Virus record (IMG/VR): IMGVR_UViG_3300043775_000410
Location: 9,161 to 73,160 of that record
Direction: 5' to 3' (one strand)
DNA: 64,000 nucleotides
Source: a virus
Lineage: Duplodnaviria; Caudoviricetes
The notes under the pieces were generated by a model. The model ran no database searches and was not told the DNA's origin. It saw only the letters and a program-made list of their open reading frames with translations. Each line of letters starts with the position of its first letter. Positions within the stretch are counted from its first letter, which is position 1. Position numbers and translations under genes: made by a program. This document shows positions 1-8,721 of this stretch, piece after piece.

Positions 1-19
1 TGGGCAGAGTGCTGGTACT

Positions 20-268
20 GTGCGCTACAACACCATGACACAACAAATGGAGGTGTTTGATGGTGTTAGTTGGATTAACATTAGTCAAAATGCTAGTATT
101 GGTCTAAGCCGGACTGCTGACGAAGCTATACGTTGGGCTCAGGAAAGAATGCACGAAGATCGCGATCTTAAGGCTAAGATGGAGAAATATCCAACACTTA
201 AATCAGCTTACGAACAATTTAAGATGATAGAAGTGTTGGTCTACGAGGAAGAAAAAAGTGGCACATGA
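20..268 (+). CDS. Hypothetical phage protein, probably 5'-truncated by the window edge
   Basis: Frame is open from position 2; overlaps the next gene's start. Confidence 0.6.
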   Translation: MRYNTMTQQMEVFDGVSWINISQNASIGLSRTADEAIRWAQERMHEDRDLKAKMEKYPTLKSAYEQFKMIEVLVYEEEKSGT

Positions 269-1895
269 AATAGATAACTTAACAGCAAAACAACTAGACT
301 ACGCAGTGTTCTTACCAGCACTTAGTGGTTTTTATGCTACTTATGTAGGCAAGCAACGTTTTCCAGACCCTGTAAAAGGTTTGTATGTCGATGCTGCAAG
401 GATTCCAGTAGACTTCGAAAACGGCATTGAAGGATTAAACTGGCTTAATCCGAGTGCGGCATACTTTCCCTACCATTGGAGTTTATATTCAGCAGGGCAT
501 GCTGAGTTAGATGTAAACAAGCATAGCCCAAAAGAAGATATGGTGCGTAATAGAGATCGTAGTAAATCTTTTATCTTAGGTGACTCGGGTGGTTTCCAGA
601 TTGGTAAAGGTGTTTGGGAAGGTGATTGGAAAAATCCTAACTGTCCAAAAGCACAAAAGAAACGTGAACTAGTATTAACTTGGATGGACGCATACATGGA
701 CTATGGTATGTGTTTGGATATTCCAGCATGGGTAGCTCGTAGCCCAGCAGGTGCTAAGGCCACAGGCATTAGTACATACGACGAAGCTGTAGAAGGTACC
801 TACATTAACAATGATTGGTTTATTAACAATCGTACAGGTGCTTGTAAGTTCTTAAACGTACTACAGGGTGAGAATCACGCAGATGCAGACGATTGGTATG
901 ATCGTATGAAGAAGTACTGTGATCCTCAACAATATCCAGGCAAGCATTTTAATGGTTGGGCTATGGGTGGACAGAACATGTGTGATGTTCACTTAGTCCT
1001 AAAACGCTTAGTAGCCATGCGCTACGACAATCTATTACAAGAAGGTATACATGATTGGATGCACTTCTTAGGTACTAGTAAATTAGAGTGGGCTTGTTTG
1101 TTAACCGATATCCAACGTGCTATTCGTAAACACATTAACCCTAATTTTACTATATCGTTTGATTGTGCAAGTCCATTCCTAGCGTCAGCTAACGGACAGA
1201 TATACATTCAAACTGAAATTGAAGATCGTAAGAAATGGGTATATCGTATGGTTCCTAGTGTTGATAATAAGAAGTACGCATTGGATACACGTAAGTTTAG
1301 TGATGCTGTATTACAAGATGGTATTTTTAAGAACTTTACAGATAGTCCTATTAGCAATCGTATTAAGATCAATGACATTTGTGTCTATCACGATGGCGTG
1401 CGTAAAACTGCTGCAGAATTAAACGGTGAGCCATTTGATGTGACTAACCAAGATCATTATACTACACCGCCTGCTCTTAATAAGATTAACAAAGTTGGTA
1501 AAACTTCGTGGGATAGCTTTGCTTATGCTATTCAAATGGGTCATAATGTATGGAGTCACTTGACCAGTGTACAAGAAGCTAATCGTCAATATGACCAAGG
1601 TGTAGTACCAAAAATGCTTGTACAAGAGTCGTTTGATCGTGTATACTTTAAAGATGTAGTAGATAGTATTTTTGCCGCCGGCACACGTGCAGAAGCAGAG
1701 CAGATCATCGAAGATCACAGTAAGTTTTGGATGCAGATTATCGGCACTCGTGGCGCCACTGGCAAGAAAACTGTTAATGCTAGCACTATGTTTAATGACT
1801 TGTTTGAAACAGAAGAAGTTGAAGAACATCATATAGATGACAGCGGATTAGATGAAGGCAACTTAGATAACTTAGAAGCAGGATTGGAGGACTAG
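258..1895 (+). CDS. dpdA: TGT-fold DNA guanine transglycosylase (DpdA-like, 7-deazaguanine insertion into DNA)
   Basis: TGT motifs in order: DSGGFQ, LDIP, VLQG, AMGG, HFLG, FDCAS, HN; clustered with folE/queE/queD-like genes in a phage. Confidence 0.8.
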   Translation: MAHEIDNLTAKQLDYAVFLPALSGFYATYVGKQRFPDPVKGLYVDAARIPVDFENGIEGLNWLNPSAAYFPYHWSLYSAGHAELDVNKHSPKEDMVRNRDRSKSFILGDSGGFQIGKGVWEGDWKNPNCPKAQKKRELVLTWMDAYMDYGMCLDIPAWVARSPAGAKATGISTYDEAVEGTYINNDWFINNRTGACKFLNVLQGENHADADDWYDRMKKYCDPQQYPGKHFNGWAMGGQNMCDVHLVLKRLVAMRYDNLLQEGIHDWMHFLGTSKLEWACLLTDIQRAIRKHINPNFTISFDCASPFLASANGQIYIQTEIEDRKKWVYRMVPSVDNKKYALDTRKFSDAVLQDGIFKNFTDSPISNRIKINDICVYHDGVRKTAAELNGEPFDVTNQDHYTTPPALNKINKVGKTSWDSFAYAIQMGHNVWSHLTSVQEANRQYDQGVVPKMLVQESFDRVYFKDVVDSIFAAGTRAEAEQIIEDHSKFWMQIIGTRGATGKKTVNASTMFNDLFETEEVEEHHIDDSGLDEGNLDNLEAGLED

Positions 1896-1896
1896 C

Positions 1897-2082
1897 ATGG
1901 ACGCAGATAAATTACCTCATCATATTGCACAGTTAGAAGAAAAACACCGTGTAATCAAACAACAAATTGCCGAAGGGTACACGTATTATTTAGATGATGC
2001 ACTGCTAGGCAAAATGAAGTTAGAAAAATTAATAATTAAACGTCAACTCGAAGAAGCAAAAACAAAACTCAAGGCACAATAA
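1897..2082 (+). CDS. Small coiled-coil protein, DUF465/YdcH-like
   Basis: LEEKH...I...LKLEKL.IK.QL pattern; GGAGG RBS. Confidence 0.6.
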   Translation: MDADKLPHHIAQLEEKHRVIKQQIAEGYTYYLDDALLGKMKLEKLIIKRQLEEAKTKLKAQ

Positions 2083-2624
2083 TGAAACGCGAATACACAT
2101 CAGGTACAGCAGAAGCAGTAACTTTCTTTGTAGGTGACGAGATCGAACGTACACCTGCTTATGGAATGAAAACATTATTTGTCGTTGGTGTGCATGAACC
2201 ACAAGATATTTTAGATCTATTGCGGACTAAATTAGCCTATAGTGTTGTTACCCATATCTACTTTGGTGCTAATCAAAGTTTTAATCCTGCAGGTACTAAC
2301 GATACAGCAACATGGAGGAAACCTTGGGAAGATATGATCTATGTCTTACTAGAGAATGACTATTGGTGCACTTTAGATTTAGATGTGCGTGATGTAGAAG
2401 GATTGCTCGAAAGTGGCTTAACTGAAAAGCGTAGATTCATTCCACAGATTTCGGTAAAATTGCCCTATTTACAACAGCTAGGATATAATGCTACAATTAA
2501 GTTAGACGATGTAGATTTTAACGCAACCAATCCAGGTGTGTGGTGTCATAAACTTAACACCCTGTTAGATGAAAACAAATTCACTAACTGGGATCAATAT
2601 GGTAAAGATGAGATTATTAAATGA
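2082..2624 (+). CDS. Hypothetical protein inside the dpd operon
   Basis: 180 aa ORF translationally coupled on both sides (TAATG, ATGA overlaps). Confidence 0.75.
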   Translation: MKREYTSGTAEAVTFFVGDEIERTPAYGMKTLFVVGVHEPQDILDLLRTKLAYSVVTHIYFGANQSFNPAGTNDTATWRKPWEDMIYVLLENDYWCTLDLDVRDVEGLLESGLTEKRRFIPQISVKLPYLQQLGYNATIKLDDVDFNATNPGVWCHKLNTLLDENKFTNWDQYGKDEIIK

Positions 2625-3064
2625 TACAAGCAGAACGTGAACAAATAGAACGTATTAAACTACAGGCAAAAAAGAAAATATGGGTTACTTTTACTAAAGA
2701 AGGTATCCATTGTTATCCCGATGCCGCTGTAAACCCATTACTTAAAACTGGAGATCAATATGATGTTTCGTTTCTTGCTAGTCCTCATCGTCACATTTTT
2801 CATTTCCGGGTGTCAATCGACGTGTTTCATACCGACAGAGACATCGAATTCATCCAGTTCAAACGCTGGCTTGAAGCCCTGTATGTGGGCGGTACGTTAG
2901 AATTAAATTATAAGAGTTGCGAAATGATCGCAGATGATTTGTATTTGCAAATCGCTACAAAGTATCCCAATCGCGATGTTTGGATAGAAGTATCCGAAGA
3001 TGGCGAGAACGGGTGTTCCGTTGAGTACAATTGTACTCGTCCTATGCAGTCTGTCACTATTTAA
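2621..3064 (+). CDS. dpdL: QueD-paralog T-fold protein, DpdL type (putative CDG decarboxylase)
   Basis: LASPHRHIF = LxxxHRHxF in place of the QueD CxxxHGH motif; SCEMIA and VSEDGENG T-fold motifs. Confidence 0.65.
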   Translation: MIQAEREQIERIKLQAKKKIWVTFTKEGIHCYPDAAVNPLLKTGDQYDVSFLASPHRHIFHFRVSIDVFHTDRDIEFIQFKRWLEALYVGGTLELNYKSCEMIADDLYLQIATKYPNRDVWIEVSEDGENGCSVEYNCTRPMQSVTI

Positions 3065-3076
3065 GGAGAATTTTCC

Positions 3077-3307
3077 GTGGCAAATCCAGTTTGGCTTAAA
3101 AAGTATCTTACTATGAAGCCTGAAGTAAGACAAATCTACAACGATTTAGATGCATGGTGCAACTACTGTCGTTTCCACATGATCAAGTATGATGAGGCTG
3201 ATTTATATGTTAGCCCAGCTTACAAAGAATGGCAGGAAAAACGCAAACGTCGCGAACAATGGCGTCAACAGCAAGGACATGCCCAAGGTTATCAAGGACG
3301 TAGATAG
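3077..3307 (+). CDS. Hypothetical protein
   Basis: AAGGAG RBS, GTG start, 76 aa. Confidence 0.7.
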   Translation: MANPVWLKKYLTMKPEVRQIYNDLDAWCNYCRFHMIKYDEADLYVSPAYKEWQEKRKRREQWRQQQGHAQGYQGRR

Positions 3308-3308
3308 T

Positions 3309-4400
3309 ATGACTGTCTACATCGTTGATTTAGAAGCGGTGGATACAAGGTACACGGGTCAATGGAAGACTCATGTACCCACGTTGCTTGAAGATCATGG
3401 GTACGAAGTATTTGTAATTAGCGGCCCTCATGATATTCCTAGTGCTACTACTCCTGGCGCTTTCCTTAACTTCGGTGGTACTAACATTTACAAAGCCGCA
3501 CAGGTTGAGCAAATGGCTAGACTATTCACTGAAGGTCAAATTCATAAAGGTGATCACTTCATCTTTACTGATGCTTGGCATCCTGGTATTATTAACTTAA
3601 AGTACATGAGCGAGCTGTTACAGATTCCTGTAACTATACACGCATTATGGCATGCTGGCAGTTATGATCCACAGGACTTCTTAGGTCGTCTAATTGGTAA
3701 TGCTCCGTGGGTTAGACATGCAGAGAAAAGTTTCTTTGCGGCGATTGATCATAACTACTTTGCCACAGACTTTCATATTAATATGTTTTGTGCTAACTTA
3801 CTTAACGATGGATTATTTGAAAATCCATGGGCAGAAGAAGATAAAACAGATATGATTGCTGGTGGCAAGATTGTACGCACAGGTTGGCCTATGGAATATA
3901 TGCCGAATACTATTAGTCCGTTTAAGACTGAGAAGCGTGACTTAATCTTATTCCCGCATCGTATAGCACCAGAGAAGCAGGTAGAAATCTTTAAGGATCT
4001 AGCGGCTGCATTACCACAATACGAATGGATTGTCTGTCAAGAGCAAAACCTAACTAAAGAAGCATATCATACCTTACTAGGTGAAGCTAAAATGGTGTTC
4101 AGTGCCAACCTACAAGAAACACTTGGTATTAGTATGTATGAAGGTGCGTTAGTAGGTGCTATACCTATGGTACCAAACAGACTAAGCTACGGTGAAATGT
4201 ACACTGGGGATCCGTGGGCGTATCCAAGCGAATGGACTGAATCGTTTGATAGTTACTTAGCACATAAACACGAATTATGTGATAGGATCGTTCATCTGAT
4301 GGATAATTATGATAATTTCAACTTCCGTCTAAATATCTTAGCACGTACCTTATCTAAGAACTTCTTCTCAGCAACTGAATTACTTAAGAACATTAGATAA
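3309..4400 (+). CDS. GT-B fold (GT4-like) glycosyltransferase
   Basis: FPHRIAPEKQ and QETLGISMYEG (E-x7-E) donor-binding motifs; ATG 3309 follows the previous stop. Confidence 0.8.
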   Translation: MTVYIVDLEAVDTRYTGQWKTHVPTLLEDHGYEVFVISGPHDIPSATTPGAFLNFGGTNIYKAAQVEQMARLFTEGQIHKGDHFIFTDAWHPGIINLKYMSELLQIPVTIHALWHAGSYDPQDFLGRLIGNAPWVRHAEKSFFAAIDHNYFATDFHINMFCANLLNDGLFENPWAEEDKTDMIAGGKIVRTGWPMEYMPNTISPFKTEKRDLILFPHRIAPEKQVEIFKDLAAALPQYEWIVCQEQNLTKEAYHTLLGEAKMVFSANLQETLGISMYEGALVGAIPMVPNRLSYGEMYTGDPWAYPSEWTESFDSYLAHKHELCDRIVHLMDNYDNFNFRLNILARTLSKNFFSATELLKNIR

Positions 4401-4987
4401 TGTCAGCATTTGATCCAATATACCAGTTTGAACGAGCATTAGGTCTGCTTACGGGCGCACCTTTTGTTGTTATGACAGATTCATGTACACATGCACTAGA
4501 ACTGTGTCTACGTTACGACAAGGTAAAACGGTGTCGTTTTACGGCATTTACCTACCTTAGTGTGCCAATGACCATGCATAAATTAGGCATTTCGTATGGT
4601 TTAGTGCCCGATAATGAATGGGTCGGAGAATATCCTATACTTGGTACACGGATATGGGATAGTGCAAGATTACTACGTACAGGTATGTATCGTTCAGGAC
4701 AGATGCAGTGTTTGAGCTTTGGCTACAGCAAGCCGCTAGAGATTGGGCGTGGTGGCGCTATCCTATTAGATGATCAACGGGTATATGAGTCCTTAATACG
4801 TCAACGTAGCGATGGTAGAGACCTAAGTATAAGTCCTTGGGAATCACAAAAAGTATTTGAAGTTGGGTATCACTATCGCCCAACTATAGAAGAAGCACAA
4901 CGAGCATTAGAATTATTACCCAGTGTAGACCAAGAACCTAAATACCACGAGTATCCAGACCTACGTGAAATTATTATAAAGTCTTGA
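4400..4987 (+). CDS. Shortened DegT/DnrJ/EryC1/StrS-family PLP protein
   Basis: SCTHALEL, WDSA, LSFGYSKPL (PLP Lys), GRGGAIL; only 195 aa. Confidence 0.7.
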   Translation: MSAFDPIYQFERALGLLTGAPFVVMTDSCTHALELCLRYDKVKRCRFTAFTYLSVPMTMHKLGISYGLVPDNEWVGEYPILGTRIWDSARLLRTGMYRSGQMQCLSFGYSKPLEIGRGGAILLDDQRVYESLIRQRSDGRDLSISPWESQKVFEVGYHYRPTIEEAQRALELLPSVDQEPKYHEYPDLREIIIKS

Positions 4988-5013
4988 CACTGCCTAAATA
5001 ATCATGTTATACT
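4984..5013 (+). promoter_or_regulatory. sigma70-like promoter with a nested TAAATA late-type box
   Basis: TTGACA-18nt-TATACT with extended TG; TAAATA at 4995-5000. Confidence 0.65.
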
Positions 5014-5056
5014 AACTTATCAATTGCCAATCCACTGGCTTAACATCGGAGACACT

Positions 5057-5752
5057 ATGTCGAAATATAAAGTAAGCGAACAACTTCGCAATAATCTAAA
5101 AGCATCAAACAAACGGTTCTGGGCAGGCGACAACATCTCAGAATACATCACAGAAGAAAACAAACAACAGTTGATTGACGAAGCAACTGAAGCATTTGAA
5201 AGTGTTTTAGATACGTTGCTTATTGATCGTGAAAACGATCCTAACAGTCACGGCACAGCAAGACGTCTTGCTAAAATGTACTTCAATGAGATCATGGCAG
5301 GTCGTTATGAACCTGCTCCCGATGCCACTGCTTTCCCAAATGATTCTGCAGATCGTTATGAAGGTATGCTAGTAGTTCGTAGTGAACTACGTAGTATGTG
5401 CAGTCATCATCACCAACCCGTTAGTGGTGTTGCTTATATTGGTATTATTGCTGCAAATAAACTTATTGGCTTATCTAAATATACACGTATTGCTCAGTGG
5501 TGCGCTCGTCGAGGCACACTTCAAGAAGAACTTGCTAATGACATTGCCAGAGAGATTATGAAGGCAACTGATGCTAATGATGTAGCAGTTTATATACAGG
5601 CTGTGCATGGTTGTTGCGAAAATAGAGGTATTATGGCACACTCTAGTTTAACACAGACTACTGTGCTAAAGGGCGCATTTAATAGAGATGCTGGTACTAA
5701 GCAAGAATTCTTTGATAATGTAAAACTCCAACAGCAGTTTGCGCCACGATAG
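5057..5752 (+). CDS. folE: GTP cyclohydrolase I
   Basis: SMCSHHHQP, IGLSKYTR, RGTLQE, HGCCENRG motifs; GGAG RBS before ATG 5057. Confidence 0.95.
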   Translation: MSKYKVSEQLRNNLKASNKRFWAGDNISEYITEENKQQLIDEATEAFESVLDTLLIDRENDPNSHGTARRLAKMYFNEIMAGRYEPAPDATAFPNDSADRYEGMLVVRSELRSMCSHHHQPVSGVAYIGIIAANKLIGLSKYTRIAQWCARRGTLQEELANDIAREIMKATDANDVAVYIQAVHGCCENRGIMAHSSLTQTTVLKGAFNRDAGTKQEFFDNVKLQQQFAPR

Positions 5753-5761
5753 GGAATAGTT

Positions 5762-6103
5762 ATGAAATGGTTTGATAATTGGATTCAGCGTTGCTACAAC
5801 CGTGCTCGTGAGCGTGATGAACTTATTGAAGTTGATGATTGGGATGAACCAAAACGTAGTCGTCGTGGGCGCCTTGATAAAGGAGGTCCTATTAGTTCCG
5901 GCACACGCAGAGTAGAGCATAACTATGATGATGACAGTGTTATTACTTTTAAAATCTATGGTGCCAATGGTGGTAAGATTGTAGAAACATCACGTTGGGA
6001 TGAAAAGAAAGATAACGAAAGTATCAGACGTTATGTCATTGACGAGAACGCAGATATGGCAGAAAGTTTAAGTAAGATTGTTACTATGGAATATATGCGC
6101 TAA
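5762..6103 (+). CDS. Hypothetical protein
   Basis: 113 aa ORF in operon position. Confidence 0.7.
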   Translation: MKWFDNWIQRCYNRARERDELIEVDDWDEPKRSRRGRLDKGGPISSGTRRVEHNYDDDSVITFKIYGANGGKIVETSRWDEKKDNESIRRYVIDENADMAESLSKIVTMEYMR

Positions 6104-6111
6104 TATAGTGG

Positions 6112-6139
6112 TTGACTTTTCTGTAAATTAGTGTATAAT
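6112..6139 (+). promoter_or_regulatory. sigma70-like promoter
   Basis: TTGACT-16nt-TATAAT in the intergenic gap. Confidence 0.65.
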
Positions 6140-6169
6140 GTGTATACGCTTAACCCTCAAAGGATGTGT

Positions 6170-8209
6170 ATGAAACGTACTATATTATCGTTATTGCTAG
6201 CGGCATCGGTTGGTGCTAATGCCGAAACGTTAAACTTAACTCCCTATAACACCAGCGAATATACCGCTGACACTATTGCCAAAGGCAAAACTGGTGACGA
6301 TTTTCTCAAAGAGATCAATGCTAGCTCTGCATGGGCACGTGGATATACAGGTAAAGGCAGTTTAATTCTTATTATTGACAGTGGTATTAATGCTAGTCAC
6401 AAAGAGTTTGCAGGTAGTATATTTGCTACTCGAAACTTTATTAACAGTAAAAGTGGCATAGTCGATGTACAAGGACACGGTACAGGACTTGCAGGTATTG
6501 CCGCAGGTAATTGGGATGGTATTGGTATGGCCGGTGTAGCACCAGATGCACAGTTAGCTATTGCCAAAGTAACAGATAATACTGCGTTTAACTTTACCCA
6601 GGCACGTAATGCAGTAAAATGGGGCGGTGAGCTTGGTGCAATTGTAGCTAACATCTCAGCAAACTATACCTATGATGCGGCATATCTTAAAAATATGTAT
6701 AGGTTAAGTGACGGCGTAACCTGGGCCAACAAAGATCCGAGATACGTTGGTAGATTTTTTATGAATGAAAATCCTAACACCTGGGCCGCAGCATTAAGTC
6801 CTAACATGGTATTAGTCAACAGTGCCGGTAATAGCGGACGAGCTTATGCAGAGCAACCGGGTACGTTGGCCACAGCCACAGATGCTAATGGTAAGTTAAT
6901 TCTAGGCGGTCGCGTTATTATTGCAGGTGCATGGGACGTTGATAAGGATGCTGTTGCTGGTTATAGTAACCGAGCAGGCAGTATATGTCGGAGTGTAGTT
7001 AACGGACAGTGTAAAGACCTGTATCGTGTAAGTGATTTCTACATCTTAGCGCCAGGTAATGCGTTTACAGCAAGTAAGACCGGAGATGCATATAATATAC
7101 AAACAGGCACTAGCCAAGCGGCGGCTGTAGTATCTGGCAGTGTTGCAGTTATCAATCAAATGTGGCCGACTATGAAGGCTGAAAATATTGTTAAACTGTT
7201 AATGGTAACGGCTAATAAGAATATTGCAGGTTATAATAAAGAAATACACGGTCAAGGCCTACTTGACTTAGAACGTGCCACTCGACCTGTGGGTGCATTA
7301 GGCATTCCCACTACTGGCAGGGTCAATAAGATTGCATTGTCGGGCGGTTTCAGTACCAATACATCCGGCGGGTTAACAGCAATTAGCAGTAAATTAAGCA
7401 GTGTTATGGTTACTGATGATTTTGAACGTGATTACTATGTTGACATGAGCAAGGCCGCAAATGCTAAACGTGCTAGAGCTGACTTTAACCCAAATACCAA
7501 AGCTAACTTCTACGAGGAGTTTAATCCGTATAATAAGTTAAACTTTTACACAGCCAATGCTAAACTACAGTCCGGCGAATATGACTTTAAGTTCAGCGCC
7601 AACGATGTTGCGGCTTTAGGCCTAGCTGAAATTGGTAAGACTACTAAGTTAAATGACAGGGCCAAAGTGCGTGTTGGTTTTGGTATGTTAAATGAACAAA
7701 ACACTTGGGTAGGCAATAGTATTAGTGGTGCATTAGGACAAGTACAGAGTAGTTTTACTACATTTTCTAACTTCACTGGACATTATGACCTAAATAAACA
7801 TATGAGTGCATTTGGTAGTATTTGGCTAGGACAAACCGAAACTAATATGCAGTCTACTGGATTGATTACTAATGTAGGTGCAACTCAAAGTTATAGTTGG
7901 AACGTTGGATTAGATTGGTCGCAAGATGCACACAGCTACGGTGCTACTGTAAGTCAACCAGTTACAGTCTATCAAGGCACGGTTAATGTGGATATCCCAA
8001 CTGGCTATACTGCCAACGGTACTGTTAATTACTCTAAGGAAAAAGTTAGCATTACTCCAACGGTAAATGAATACGATTTTGGTGCATACTACAAATATCG
8101 CACTGCATCATTGAACGTAATTGCCTACGGTGAACACCAAATGAATTACCTAAACCAAAGTGGTGTATCGAACAACGTAGTTGGGCTAAGTTTAGTTAAG
8201 GCATTTTAA
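6170..8209 (+). CDS. Exported S8 subtilisin-like protease with a beta-strand-rich C-terminal domain
   Basis: Signal peptide MKRTILSLLLAASVGANA; triad IIDSG / GHGT / GTSQAA; amphipathic C-terminal strands ending in Phe. Confidence 0.85.
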   Translation: MKRTILSLLLAASVGANAETLNLTPYNTSEYTADTIAKGKTGDDFLKEINASSAWARGYTGKGSLILIIDSGINASHKEFAGSIFATRNFINSKSGIVDVQGHGTGLAGIAAGNWDGIGMAGVAPDAQLAIAKVTDNTAFNFTQARNAVKWGGELGAIVANISANYTYDAAYLKNMYRLSDGVTWANKDPRYVGRFFMNENPNTWAAALSPNMVLVNSAGNSGRAYAEQPGTLATATDANGKLILGGRVIIAGAWDVDKDAVAGYSNRAGSICRSVVNGQCKDLYRVSDFYILAPGNAFTASKTGDAYNIQTGTSQAAAVVSGSVAVINQMWPTMKAENIVKLLMVTANKNIAGYNKEIHGQGLLDLERATRPVGALGIPTTGRVNKIALSGGFSTNTSGGLTAISSKLSSVMVTDDFERDYYVDMSKAANAKRARADFNPNTKANFYEEFNPYNKLNFYTANAKLQSGEYDFKFSANDVAALGLAEIGKTTKLNDRAKVRVGFGMLNEQNTWVGNSISGALGQVQSSFTTFSNFTGHYDLNKHMSAFGSIWLGQTETNMQSTGLITNVGATQSYSWNVGLDWSQDAHSYGATVSQPVTVYQGTVNVDIPTGYTANGTVNYSKEKVSITPTVNEYDFGAYYKYRTASLNVIAYGEHQMNYLNQSGVSNNVVGLSLVKAF

Positions 8210-8226
8210 TAAGGAAATAAAGAACT

Positions 8227-8721
8227 ATGGATATTAATAAAAAGTATTATGATTATGTACACGTTCATGAGATGGTTAATGATATCTCATTTAAAATGTA
8301 TAAAGATAATTGGCGTCCAGACTACATTGTTGGTCTTACTCGTGGAGGGCTAATACCTGCTGTTATCATGAGTAATACATTAGGTATTCCTATGGAAACA
8401 CTTAAGGTTAGTCTACGCGACAGTGATAACGGTCCAGAAAGTAATTTATGGATGGCAGAAGATGCATACAATGGTAAAAACATTCTTATTGTAGATGACA
8501 TTAACGATACTGGTGCTACGTTAGATTGGATTACTAACGATTGGCAAAATAGCTGCCATCCATCCGATGCACACTGGTTGCAAGTTTGGGGGAATAATGT
8601 TAAAATAGCTGTATTAGTTGATAATTTGTCTAGTAAATTTAGTCGCTGTGTTGATTACTGTGCAGTATCTATCAATAAAGCAGAAAAAGATGTTTGGATT
8701 GTTTACCCTTGGGAAAGATAA
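8227..8721 (+). CDS. Type I phosphoribosyltransferase (xanthine-guanine PRT-like)
   Basis: GLTRGGL, ILIVDDINDTGATL (PRPP loop), WIVYPWE. Confidence 0.85.
   Translation: MDINKKYYDYVHVHEMVNDISFKMYKDNWRPDYIVGLTRGGLIPAVIMSNTLGIPMETLKVSLRDSDNGPESNLWMAEDAYNGKNILIVDDINDTGATLDWITNDWQNSCHPSDAHWLQVWGNNVKIAVLVDNLSSKFSRCVDYCAVSINKAEKDVWIVYPWER

Noticed and set aside
258-1895. Host-type tRNA-guanine transglycosylase (tgt) for queuosine
   Set aside because: Length, missing Zn motif, phage context and absence of queA/queG/queF fit a DNA-acting DpdA better, though this is not proven
3189-3308. Longer N-termini given in the ORF track (e.g. 3189, 5024, 6131, 8694, 9532, 20339, 21614)
   Set aside because: They overlap upstream genes or promoters; downstream ATGs have an RBS or stop-start coupling
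5014-5056. preQ1 riboswitch in the folE leader
   Set aside because: No preQ1-I stem-loop consensus or A-rich pseudoknot tail; only a 4-bp hairpin
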